From an uncultured Acidobacteriota bacterium (lineage in GTDB: Bacteria; Acidobacteriota; Thermoanaerobaculia; UBA5066; Gp7-AA6), in the NCBI GenBank assembly GCA_963832145.1, contig CAWHTA010000002.1, positions 675,224 through 739,223 of the forward strand: a DNA stretch of 64,000 nucleotides. Reading direction: 5' to 3'. The notes under the pieces are model-generated. The model saw nothing but the letters and a program-made list of their open reading frames with translations. It was not told where the DNA came from and did no database searches. Position 1 is the stretch's first letter. Every line of letters starts with the position of its first letter. The translations under genes were made by a program, and so were the position numbers. Below are positions 1-8,438 of this stretch, one piece after another.

Positions 1-1640
1 CCGGCCGGACAGGTTCCGTTTTGCGACGTCGAAAAGGCGGTGCCCGCCGTGTTGTTGCACTCGACGTAGTTCGGATTGGCCGCGTAGTTCAGGAAGCCGT
101 CGGTCGAGCTGAACTTCCATAAGCCGTTCGCGAATCCGAGGAACGTCTGTCTCGAGACGACGCGGTTCCACTCGACCCCGATCTTGATCGCGTGGTCGCC
201 CATGAGGATGGAAAAGTTGTCGAGGAGCTGGGTGCGCGTGTCGTAGTACGCGACCGGGATGAAGAACGGCATCCCGAACCGGTAACCCCTCCCGAAATCG
301 AAAGCGGTATCCGGCAGCGGCCGCCCCGACGCCAGGGTCGGTCCCGTGTACGGGCGGGGCCGATCCTCCCGGGAGTACTGCCCGCGGAGCTCGTTCAGAA
401 AGGATTCCGAAAGGGTCGAGATGACGGAGCCGCCGATCGAGTAGGAGCTGACCTTTTCGATCGCGTTGTTGCTGACGCCCCAGGAGTCGACGTCGAACGT
501 CCCGTTGTCCTGCTCCGACCAGTTATAGGCGTAGCGCAGGGTCGCGAGGTGCTTCTGGGTCGCGTGCCAGTCGAGCTTGACGAGGCCGACGAAAGCGTCG
601 TCGCCGCGGGTGATCGGGCCGTTCTCGTCCGGGATACCGATCGATTCGAAGTAGTCCACGACGCGCTGCTCGATGCGGTCCGGGTCGGTCTGCTTGACCG
701 ACTCGCCGATCTGGCCGTCGGCGGCGAGGAAGTAGAAGAGCCGGTCCGGCTGGATCGGGCCGCCCAGGGTGAAGCCCGCCTGCCACTGGTCGAAGTCGAA
801 TTCCTCCGCCTCGGTGCCGTCCCGCTTGGCGGCCCGGGCGGCGAGGCTGTCGTCCTTCCAGTACAGGTGGCTGGAGCCGTGGAAGTCGTTCGTTCCCGAC
901 TTCGTCACGACGTTGACGAACCCGCCCGAGGACCGGCCGAACTCGGCGGCGGCGCCGTCGGCGACGACGACGACTTCCTGCACCGCGTCGAGGTTGAAAG
1001 TGAACGGCGGGCGCTGGCCGCCCCGCTGTTCCCCGAAGAAGGGGTTGTTGAAGTCCTGGCCATCCACCGAAACGTTGTTGTGGATTCCCTTCTGACCGTT
1101 GATGGTGAGCTCGTCTCCGTCGGGACCCTGAACGATCGAGACTCCCGGGGTGAGCTTCGCAAAGTCGAGGAAGTTGTGGTCGGCGTTCGGGAGGTTCTGC
1201 ACGGCCTGTTCGTCGATCAGCGTCGAGCCCGCGGTCCGGCTCGTCTCGACGACGGGCGCGACCCCGGTTACGCGCACCTCCTGCTGAACGGCCGAGACCT
1301 CCAGCGGCAGGCGGAGGTTGATCGTCTGACCGACCGAGAGCGTGACGCCGTCGCGCACGTGGGTGGTGAACCCGGGGAGCGTGGCGGTGATCTGGTACGG
1401 GCCGAGCGGCAGGAGGACGGCGCGGAATCTCCCGGCCGAGTCGGTCGTCTCGCGTTTCTCGAAGTTGATCGCCGTGTTCCGGAGCACGACGGTGGCGCCC
1501 GGAAGCACCGCGTCGCTCGCGTCCACGACGGTTCCCTCGATCGCGCCGGTGGTTGCCTGGGACTGGGGGAAGGCGGCAGGGGAGAGAACGAGGAGAAAGG
1601 TGAGGGCCGCGAGTGCCGCGCGCCACGACGTCTTCGCCAT
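1..1640 (-). CDS. TonB-dependent outer-membrane receptor with CarboxypepD_reg-like N-terminus (partial; C-terminal part lies beyond window start)
   Basis: Absent from the ORF track because it has no stop inside the window. My own minus-strand translation from ATG 1640 (GGAGG on the minus strand at 1645-1649) gives MAKTSWRAALAALTFLLVLSPAAFPQSQATTGAIEGTVVDASDAVLPGATVVLRNTAINFEKRETTDSAGRFRAVLLPLGPYQITATLPGF..., then plug-like 'STLIDEQAVQNLP' and 'VSVDGQDFNNPFFG'. The frame stays open to position 1. Confidence 0.8.
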   Translation of the reverse strand, partial: MAKTSWRAALAALTFLLVLSPAAFPQSQATTGAIEGTVVDASDAVLPGATVVLRNTAINFEKRETTDSAGRFRAVLLPLGPYQITATLPGFTTHVRDGVTLSVGQTINLRLPLEVSAVQQEVRVTGVAPVVETSRTAGSTLIDEQAVQNLPNADHNFLDFAKLTPGVSIVQGPDGDELTINGQKGIHNNVSVDGQDFNNPFFGEQRGGQRPPFTFNLDAVQEVVVVADGAAAEFGRSSGGFVNVVTKSGTNDFHGSSHLYWKDDSLAARAAKRDGTEAEEFDFDQWQAGFTLGGPIQPDRLFYFLAADGQIGESVKQTDPDRIEQRVVDYFESIGIPDENGPITRGDDAFVGLVKLDWHATQKHLATLRYAYNWSEQDNGTFDVDSWGVSNNAIEKVSSYSIGGSVISTLSESFLNELRGQYSREDRPRPYTGPTLASGRPLPDTAFDFGRGYRFGMPFFIPVAYYDTRTQLLDNFSILMGDHAIKIGVEWNRVVSRQTFLGFANGLWKFSSTDGFLNYAANPNYVECNNTAGTAFSTSQNGTCPA

Positions 1641-1838
1641 GAGACCTCCTTGCTGCAGTGCTACGGGCGTGCTTCCGATTTGTTGACCGGAATCTATTCC
1701 GCGCTGCCGAGGCAAGTCAACGACGCGCTCGCACGGCATTCGTGCGGTCTTTACGCACCTGAGATAATCTGCGCCGCCCGATGAGAGAAGCCGTCAGCGG
1801 TTCGCTCGGAGGAGCGGAAATCTGAGGGCTGCTCTTCC

Positions 1839-2648
1839 ATGACGACCGGAACCCTCGTTTTTCTCCTGCTGCTCCTCGCGGGGTGCGCCGGAATCACGAT
1901 TTCCTTCGCTCGCGCGCGTTCGCGGGCCGTGTTTGCCGAAGACGGCTTCACCGAACCGGGTCGGCGGACGATCGCGGTCTCCCTGCTCGCCGCCGTCCTG
2001 CTCCTGACGGTGGCCATTCCCTTCGCGGGCGGGTTTGCGGGAGCCCAGCCGGAGACGGAGGACCTGACGGTTCTCTCCCTCTTCGCGGTTCACGCGATCC
2101 TGCTCTTCTTTCTCGCCTGCTACTACGCTCTCTCGGGCCGCCGCTCGCTGGCCGACTTCCTCAAGATCCGCAGCGCCAGGCCGGTCGCGGACCTTTCGTC
2201 CGGAATTCTCGTGGGCGCGGCCGGGTGGCTCGTGACGATCCTCGCGGCCGTGGGCGTCGTCGGGCTCTGGTGGCTCCTGCGGAGGTCCGCGCCGGGAGCG
2301 GAGGAGAGCCCGTCCGTGTCGCCGACGATTCTCTGGATCGTCGCCCAGCCGGTCTGGGTCAAGATCGCCATCGTCGTTTCGGCGATGGTCGTGGAGGAGC
2401 TCTTCTTCCGCTCGTTCCTGCAGACGCGCGTCGGGCCCGTCGCGGCCACCCTCATGTTCACAGCGGCCCACGGCGCCTACGGCCAGCCGCTCGTCCTGAT
2501 CGGGATCCTCGTGATCTCCGCGGTCCTCTCCGTCACGTTCGTGCTCTACGGCAACGTTCTGCCCTGCATCGTCGCGCACGGCGTCTTCGACGCCATCCAG
2601 ATGTTCGTGATGATTCCGCTGATGACCCGCGCGGTCGCGGGGGCGTGA
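1839..2648 (+). CDS. CPBP (CAAX) family intramembrane metalloprotease
   Basis: 269-aa polytopic ORF with the CPBP motifs EExxxR ('VVEELFFRSFL'), FxxxH ('FTAAHGAY') and HxxxD ('AHGVFDA'). Confidence 0.8.
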   Translation: MTTGTLVFLLLLLAGCAGITISFARARSRAVFAEDGFTEPGRRTIAVSLLAAVLLLTVAIPFAGGFAGAQPETEDLTVLSLFAVHAILLFFLACYYALSGRRSLADFLKIRSARPVADLSSGILVGAAGWLVTILAAVGVVGLWWLLRRSAPGAEESPSVSPTILWIVAQPVWVKIAIVVSAMVVEELFFRSFLQTRVGPVAATLMFTAAHGAYGQPLVLIGILVISAVLSVTFVLYGNVLPCIVAHGVFDAIQMFVMIPLMTRAVAGA

Positions 2649-2664
2649 GCGAGGGCCCGGCGCC

Positions 2665-3870
2665 TCAGCTCTTCGGAGCGGTAAACCCCGGCAGCTCGGG
2701 CGGCGCCTTGAAACCGAGCGTGACGACGACGTCGGCTCCCGCGCGCACGATGGCCGGAGAATCGGGCGCCCTGGATCGGGCCTTCCGGAGCGCCGTCTCG
2801 AAGAGCAGCGCGGAACCGGGCGTGTCGAAGCGCAGCCGCCACACGTACGAGAGCGCGCCGCCCGAGACGTAGAAAGCGATTCGATCTCCGCGCCACCCGG
2901 AAACCGCGTCCACCGACTCCTCCTCGCCGAGCGAACGCCGGAGGAGATAGCGCGCGGCCCACTCCCCGATCGTGTCGGAATAGAGGTGGCGGCTCCCCGG
3001 AGGAGCGATGCGTCCCGCGTCGGCCGGCAGAAGATCGGACGCGGGCGGCGGGCGGCGTCCGTCGTGGAGGATCTCCGATGTCGAGAGCGGCGGCTCGTTC
3101 CATAGACGGTCCACTTCTTTCCAGCCGCCGCGCTTGACCGCGCGCCGGACGTAAGCCGTTCCCTCGACGTACGGAAAGAAGAGCTGGTCGACGAAGAAGT
3201 CGGGCAGGTCCTTCGGGACGTTCGCCCGCTCGAGGGCCCCCGCGGAGAGGAGGGGCGCGAGCGCCTCTTCGGCGGCGGCATCCGCCCCCGGCAGGTCGCG
3301 CAGCGCGACGCGCACCATGACGAGCGTTGCCTCCCCCTCCAGCAGGCACTGCAGGGCGAGCGCGCGGTCGCCGTCGTCCTTGAGCGATCGGAACCGGCGA
3401 TCGAGCTTCAGCGACTGGTCCTGGAGGGCGTGCATGAGCTCGTGAGAGAAGAGGAGGTTTTGGGCGAGCTCCTCCGAGCCGGTGCCTTCGAGCGCGCCGC
3501 CGGCCGCCCCGCGAACGACGTAGAAGCGCCGCGGCTCCGGGTCGTAGAAGGCGACGACCTGCGAGGCGTAGAAGTCGACGAGGCGTTCCACGAGGTCCGG
3601 GGTCTTTTCGATGAGGCCCAGTACGGCGAGCGAGCGAAGGGTGTCTTCGACCGGGGCCGGGAAGGCGTCGGCGATCTTGCCCTTGAGGAACGTCTTCAAC
3701 GCCGCCGGGTTCATTTCGGAGGCCGCGACGACCTCGGAGAATCGCCGGCCCCGGACCTCTTCGACAGCCCGGGAAACGTCGCGAATCCGGGCGGGCAGGA
3801 GGGTCGTGGCGCCGGTCGCGAAGAGCGCCGCACCGAGGATCGCGGCATGCGCCCTGCGGAACCGTTTCAC
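2665..3870 (-). CDS. secreted putative zinc metalloprotease (HExxH gluzincin-like), family not recognised
   Basis: 401 aa with a signal-peptide-like N-terminus. 'FSHELMHALQD' (HExxH) is followed about 30 aa later by 'LLEGEATL', a candidate third ligand Glu. Confidence 0.65.
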   Translation of the reverse strand: MKRFRRAHAAILGAALFATGATTLLPARIRDVSRAVEEVRGRRFSEVVAASEMNPAALKTFLKGKIADAFPAPVEDTLRSLAVLGLIEKTPDLVERLVDFYASQVVAFYDPEPRRFYVVRGAAGGALEGTGSEELAQNLLFSHELMHALQDQSLKLDRRFRSLKDDGDRALALQCLLEGEATLVMVRVALRDLPGADAAAEEALAPLLSAGALERANVPKDLPDFFVDQLFFPYVEGTAYVRRAVKRGGWKEVDRLWNEPPLSTSEILHDGRRPPPASDLLPADAGRIAPPGSRHLYSDTIGEWAARYLLRRSLGEEESVDAVSGWRGDRIAFYVSGGALSYVWRLRFDTPGSALLFETALRKARSRAPDSPAIVRAGADVVVTLGFKAPPELPGFTAPKS

Positions 3871-3973
3871 CGCGGCAGGGTAGCACGCGGGTCAGCGGGA
3901 CGGGACGGGGGAGCACCCGCCGGACAGCGGGTTTTATGGTTTAAGATGCGCCGATTTCGCCGCGACCGTGTGA

Positions 3974-4441
3974 ATGACAAAAACCCCTGCGAAGAACGAT
4001 GCCGGCCCGATCCGGATGTCCCTTTCCAGCCGATTCGAGAACATCGAGTTGGCGCAGCACCTTTGTGGGAAACTTCTCGAGGGTCGGGAGGTTCCGGAGG
4101 AGACTCGCCACTGGCTTTTGATGGCGTTGCGGGAAGCGCTCGCAAACGCGATCAAGCACGGTAACCGCCAGGACGTGTCCAAACGGATACATCTCGAAAT
4201 GGACGTGGTAGATGAAAACCTGCAGATCACGATCCGGGACGAGGGAGAAGGGTTCGAGCCGACGAAGGTGGACGACCCTCTCGCCCCGGAGAACCGCCTG
4301 AAGACGTCCGGACGCGGAATCTTCTACATGAAGACCTTCATGGATGACGTCCGTTTCCGCCGGGTCGAAGGCGGGGGTATGGAAATTGTATTGACCAAGA
4401 ATCTGGGCTCGGCAAAGGAGAAGGAGGAGAAGCGGAAATGA
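3974..4441 (+). CDS. anti-sigma-factor-type serine kinase (RsbW/SpoIIAB-like HATPase)
   Basis: 155 aa. GHKL N-box 'REALANAIKHGN', G-box 'RDEGEGF', 'GRGIFYM'. Small single-domain size. The true start could be the internal Met15. Confidence 0.75.
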   Translation: MTKTPAKNDAGPIRMSLSSRFENIELAQHLCGKLLEGREVPEETRHWLLMALREALANAIKHGNRQDVSKRIHLEMDVVDENLQITIRDEGEGFEPTKVDDPLAPENRLKTSGRGIFYMKTFMDDVRFRRVEGGGMEIVLTKNLGSAKEKEEKRK

Positions 4442-4779
4442 AAGCGAACGTGCGCGAAGTGGGGGACGTCTCGATCGTGGATCTGAAGGGCAAGATCACG
4501 ATCGGTTCCGGAGACGTCCAGTTGCGCGAGGTCATCAACGGTCTCGTCGACAAGGGCCGGAAGAACATCCTGATCAACATGCAGGAAGTGACGACCATCG
4601 ACTCGTCCGGAATCGGCGAGCTCGTCGGCTGCTACACCTCCGTGACGCACAAGGGCGGAAAGCTGAAGCTCCTTCACCTGCCTCCGAAGATCAACGACGT
4701 CCTGACCGTCACCCAGCTCATCACCGTGTTCGACGTCTACGAATCGGAGCCGGAGGCGCTGGCCACCTACGCGGCGTAG
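4438..4779 (+). CDS. STAS-domain anti-sigma-factor antagonist (RsbV/SpoIIAA-like)
   Basis: 113 aa. Phosphorylatable Ser context 'TTIDSSGIGELV'. ATGA start/stop overlap with the upstream kinase. Confidence 0.85.
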   Translation: MKANVREVGDVSIVDLKGKITIGSGDVQLREVINGLVDKGRKNILINMQEVTTIDSSGIGELVGCYTSVTHKGGKLKLLHLPPKINDVLTVTQLITVFDVYESEPEALATYAA

Positions 4780-4805
4780 GGGCTCCAGGGTTCTCCGGTG
4801 GCCGC

Positions 4806-4853
4806 GTTCTCAGTGCTCCGCGGGGAGCTGAGAACTGAGCACTGAGAACTCGG
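4806..4853. repeat. CTGA-heptad hairpin element (copy a)
   Basis: A 13-nt arm gttctcagtgctc (4806-4818) is complementary to gagcactgagaac (4837-4849). The 3' side reads gcTGAga/acTGAgc/acTGAga with 7-nt spacing. It is followed by ttcccc, then GTG at 4860. Confidence 0.85.
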
Positions 4854-4859
4854 TTCCCC

Positions 4860-5771
4860 GTGGCCAGACGCCGCCCGGACGCCGCGCCTCCGAAGGGCGA
4901 ATTCGAGCGATTCGCGCAAGCGCATCGCACCGCGCTCGAGGCGGCGCTCTCCGACAACCTCCCGTCGCCCACCCGCGGAGCGGCGCGCCTCGGCGAGGCG
5001 GTGCGCTCGGCTGTCCTCTCTCCCGGAAAACGCGTGAGGCCGCTCGTCGCGCTGGCGGCCGGCCAGGTGGTCGGGGCGAAGCCCTCCGGGGCGCTCGCCG
5101 TCGCGGTCGCCGTCGAGTTCGTCCACGCAGCCTCGCTCGTCCTCGACGACCTTCCCTCCATGGACGACGCCGCGCGCCGCCGGGGGGAGCCCGCGCTGCA
5201 CCGGGTCTACGGCGTCGCGACGGCCGAGCTCGCCGCCGTGACCCTTCTCTCGCGGGCCTTCGAGGTCGTTTCCCGTGAGCCGGGAATGCCTCCGGCCGTT
5301 CGAACGAGGATCCTGGGCGAGCTCGCCGTCGCCGTCGGCGCGGCCGGCTGCTGCGGAGGGCAGGCCGCCGATCTGGCCGCGGACCCGGCGACCGTGGCGC
5401 TCGAGGACCTCGAGTCGATTCACGCGCGAAAGACCGGGGCCCTCTTCGTCGCGGCCGTTCGCGGCGGCGCGCTCGCGGGCGGAGCGAGCGACGCTGCTCT
5501 CGAAACGCTCACCCTATACGCCCGCAACCTCGGGCTCGCCTTCCAGATCACCGACGACCTCCTCGACCTCGAGGGGGACCCCGAGCGCCTCGGGAAGGAC
5601 ACCGGGCGGGACGGACATCGCGCCAATTTCGCGGCGGTGCTCGGTCCCGACTCGAGCCGTGAGCTCGTCGGGGAGCTCCTGGACACCGCCGTCGCCGCGC
5701 TCGTCCCCTTTCGCCGGCGGGCGGGGGTCCTCACGGACCTGACGCGGTTCGTCCGCGACCGGCGGGCTTGA
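4860..5771 (+). CDS. polyprenyl diphosphate synthase, probably geranylgeranyl-diphosphate synthase type
   Basis: 303 aa, GTG start. FARM 'ASLVLDDLPSMDDAARRRG', SARM 'FQITDDLLD'. Small residues (A, S) at -5/-4 before the FARM suggest a product longer than C15 (inference). Confidence 0.85.
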   Translation: MARRRPDAAPPKGEFERFAQAHRTALEAALSDNLPSPTRGAARLGEAVRSAVLSPGKRVRPLVALAAGQVVGAKPSGALAVAVAVEFVHAASLVLDDLPSMDDAARRRGEPALHRVYGVATAELAAVTLLSRAFEVVSREPGMPPAVRTRILGELAVAVGAAGCCGGQAADLAADPATVALEDLESIHARKTGALFVAAVRGGALAGGASDAALETLTLYARNLGLAFQITDDLLDLEGDPERLGKDTGRDGHRANFAAVLGPDSSRELVGELLDTAVAALVPFRRRAGVLTDLTRFVRDRRA

Positions 5772-7363
5772 GCTCCGCCCCGCCACCGCGCCTCACGCTC
5801 GAAGAGGCGCGGGCGCGCCTTCGGGAGCTCGGCTATCTCCGGGGCGGGGTCGAGCGCTTCGTGTTCCGGCGCGCGCTCGGCGGCGGGGCGGGCCCGGTGC
5901 TCCCCGTCCTCGCGGTCGGAGCCCTCACGCTGGCGCTCTCCGCCGCGGCGGCCGTGGCCTCCACGCAGTTCCGCTACGGTCAGTCTCCGCGCGCGATCGG
6001 GCTTCTCTTCGTCCACCTCCTCCTCCCGGCCCTCGTCCCGGCCGCCGGCTTCACGGCTCTCCTTCTCGCCGCGGCCGGCCGCTCCCGCCGGCCGGGACTC
6101 GGAGCCGCGGTCTTCGGCTTCGTCGCGGCGGCCGGCGTCCTCGTGCTCTGGCTGAACGCGACGTGGCGGCTCGGCCCGGAGCGGCCGGAGAAGGCGCTCC
6201 TCTGGGGGGTGCCGGTCGCCCTCGCCGCGCTGCTCTTCGGGTCCACGGGGAGGGCGGCCTACCTGGCGAGGGCATTCGCGCGGTCCGGCCGACTCCCGGA
6301 GCGGCGCACGCGCGCCATTCTCCTCGTCGCGGCGGCGTCATCGCTCGCGATCGCGGCGCTCCTCTTCTCGTCGGAGCGCGAGGCCGCTCCGGCGCCGCCC
6401 CCTCTCCCTTCGCCCCGGTCGGGAAGCGTCGTCGTCGTGGCGATCGACGGCCTCGGCGCCGCCGCCGGCGGTCAAGACACGGCGCTTGAGCGCCTTTTCC
6501 AGTCCGCCGCAACCGGGTGGTGGCCGGCGCGATCCGGATCGCCGGCGGAAATCTGGACGGATCTCGCCACGGGCGTTCCCGCGTCGCGGCACGGCGTTCG
6601 CGCGCTCGAGTGGGTGCGCCCGGTGGGGCTCGTCCCGCTGCGTCCGCCGCTCGGGACGTCCTGGTACTTCCGGGGTGTCGGCATCCGCCTGCGCCTCGTC
6701 GAACGTGCTCCCGTCTCGGCGTGGGAGAGGCGGAGCCTCGCCTTCTGGGAGGTCGCGGCGTCCGCCGGCCTGCCGGTTGCAACTGTCGGATGGTGGGCCT
6801 CGGGAGCCTGGCCGGGGGCCGCCGTCGTCGAGAACCGCGAGCTCCTCGCCCGCGCGAAAGACGGCCGGGACGTCGATCGCATCGCAGTCGCCGCCTTCGA
6901 AGCGATCGCGCCCGGCCGCCCCGTTGCCGCCGTCTACCTGCCCTCGCTCGACATCCTCCGCGGCGACGCGCCGGGCCGGTCCGCGGCCCTTGCTGATCTG
7001 CTGCCTTTTGTCGAGTCCCTGGCCGCGCGTGCCGCGCGCGGCGAGATTGCGCTCGTCGTGATCGCCGCCGACAGCCACCCGTCTCCCGGATCCCTCGGAC
7101 GGATGGCCGTCTTCGACGGCGCGCCCCCGCGAACCGTCCGCATCCGGCCCGAGGACGTGGCGCCGTCGATCCTCGCGCGGTCCGGCGTCCCGGTGGCCGA
7201 GGACCTGCCCGGCCGGCCCGCGGTGTCGCTCTTCCGCCCGGGGACCCTCGAGGAGACCAAGGTCGCGACGTACGGCGAGCGGATCGCTCCGGCTGTCGAG
7301 CCGCGGCGCGAGACGGACCGCGAATACCTCGAGAAGCTGAAGTCCCTCGGGTATCTGAATTGA
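5768..7363 (+). CDS. membrane-anchored alkaline-phosphatase/nucleotide-pyrophosphatase superfamily protein, function unknown
   Basis: 531 aa. TTG start in a TTGA overlap with the upstream stop. The N-terminal ~210 aa carries several hydrophobic helices. The soluble domain starts 'VVVVAIDGLG'. The protein ends 'LKSLGYLN'. Confidence 0.6.
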   Translation: MSSAPPPRLTLEEARARLRELGYLRGGVERFVFRRALGGGAGPVLPVLAVGALTLALSAAAAVASTQFRYGQSPRAIGLLFVHLLLPALVPAAGFTALLLAAAGRSRRPGLGAAVFGFVAAAGVLVLWLNATWRLGPERPEKALLWGVPVALAALLFGSTGRAAYLARAFARSGRLPERRTRAILLVAAASSLAIAALLFSSEREAAPAPPPLPSPRSGSVVVVAIDGLGAAAGGQDTALERLFQSAATGWWPARSGSPAEIWTDLATGVPASRHGVRALEWVRPVGLVPLRPPLGTSWYFRGVGIRLRLVERAPVSAWERRSLAFWEVAASAGLPVATVGWWASGAWPGAAVVENRELLARAKDGRDVDRIAVAAFEAIAPGRPVAAVYLPSLDILRGDAPGRSAALADLLPFVESLAARAARGEIALVVIAADSHPSPGSLGRMAVFDGAPPRTVRIRPEDVAPSILARSGVPVAEDLPGRPAVSLFRPGTLEETKVATYGERIAPAVEPRRETDREYLEKLKSLGYLN

Positions 7364-7382
7364 CTCGTAAGATGACGGGGCG

Positions 7383-8438
7383 ATGAAAGCCGTCTTTTTC
7401 CGCCGGCACGGCGGCAACGAAGTCCTCGAGTACGGCGACTGGCCCGACCCCCTACCCGGGCCGGGCGAGGTCCTCGTGGGGATCCGCGCGGCGGCTCTCA
7501 ACCGTCTCGACCTCTTCGTGCGCGACGGGATCCCCGGCGTCCCGCTCCCCCAGGTGCCGGGAGCGGACGGCGCGGGAGTGGTCGAGGCGATGGGGGAAGG
7601 CGTCTCCGGTCTCACGCCGGGCGACCGCGTACTCATCCAACCCGGCCTCTTCTGCGGCAAGTGCGAGTTCTGCCGGAGCGGCGAGCAGAGTCTCTGCGTC
7701 ACGTTCCGGATCGTGGGGGAGCACGGGCCGGGCACTTTCGCCGAAAAGGCGGTCGTGCCGGCAGTCAACGTTTTTCCGATCCCCGGCGGGCTCTCGTTCG
7801 AGCAGGCCGCTGCGTTTCCGCTCACCTACCAGACGGCGTGGCGGATGATCGTCGGCCGCGGGGCGGTCCGCCCCGGCGACACGGTCCTGATCCACGGCAT
7901 CGGCGGAGGAGTCGGCTGGGCGGCGCTCGAGATCGCGCTCTTCTGCAGCGCGCGGGTGATTGCGACGACCTCCGGCGCAGAGAAGGCGGACGAGGCGCGC
8001 GCGGCCGGCGCCTGGATCGTCGTCGACTACAAGTCAGAGAACGTCGGCGAGGTCGTCCGCCGGGAGACGGCGAAACGCGGCGTGGACGTCGTCATCGACT
8101 CGGTCGGCGAGAAGACATGGATGACGTCGCTGAAGGCGGTGCGGCGCGGCGGGCGGATCGTCACGTGCGGCGCGACGAGCGGGCCGAACCCCGCGGAGGA
8201 GATCCGGCTCGTCTACTGGAAGCAGATCTCGATCCTGGGTTCGACCATGGCGAACGACCGGGAGTTTCGGGCCCTCCTCGCCGCGGTCGGCGCCGGCCGG
8301 CTCAAGCCCCGTATCGACAAGGTGCTGCCGCTCTCGCAGGCGCCCGCGGCCTACCGGCTCCTCGAAGAGGGCCGCCAGTTCGGCAAGGTCGTGCTCGTTC
8401 CCGACGGGAGCGCCCACGAGTGGCCGGATGGCGACTGA
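7383..8438 (+). CDS. zinc-binding alcohol dehydrogenase / quinone oxidoreductase family (MDR) protein
   Basis: 351 aa. MDR N-terminus 'MKAVFFRRHGGNEVLEY...GEVLVGIRAAALNRLD', structural-zinc Cys cluster 'CGKCEFCRSGEQSLC', Rossmann motif 'IHGIGGGVG'. Confidence 0.85.
   Translation: MKAVFFRRHGGNEVLEYGDWPDPLPGPGEVLVGIRAAALNRLDLFVRDGIPGVPLPQVPGADGAGVVEAMGEGVSGLTPGDRVLIQPGLFCGKCEFCRSGEQSLCVTFRIVGEHGPGTFAEKAVVPAVNVFPIPGGLSFEQAAAFPLTYQTAWRMIVGRGAVRPGDTVLIHGIGGGVGWAALEIALFCSARVIATTSGAEKADEARAAGAWIVVDYKSENVGEVVRRETAKRGVDVVIDSVGEKTWMTSLKAVRRGGRIVTCGATSGPNPAEEIRLVYWKQISILGSTMANDREFRALLAAVGAGRLKPRIDKVLPLSQAPAAYRLLEEGRQFGKVVLVPDGSAHEWPDGD

Noticed and set aside
192-1784. 530-aa plus-strand ORF and 367-aa minus-strand ORF (523..1626) covering the left edge
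   Set aside because: Both have Arg/Gly/Pro/Asp-rich low-complexity composition with no recognisable motifs. The third minus-strand frame encodes an obvious TonB-dependent receptor that runs off the window. They are GC-driven shadow ORFs.
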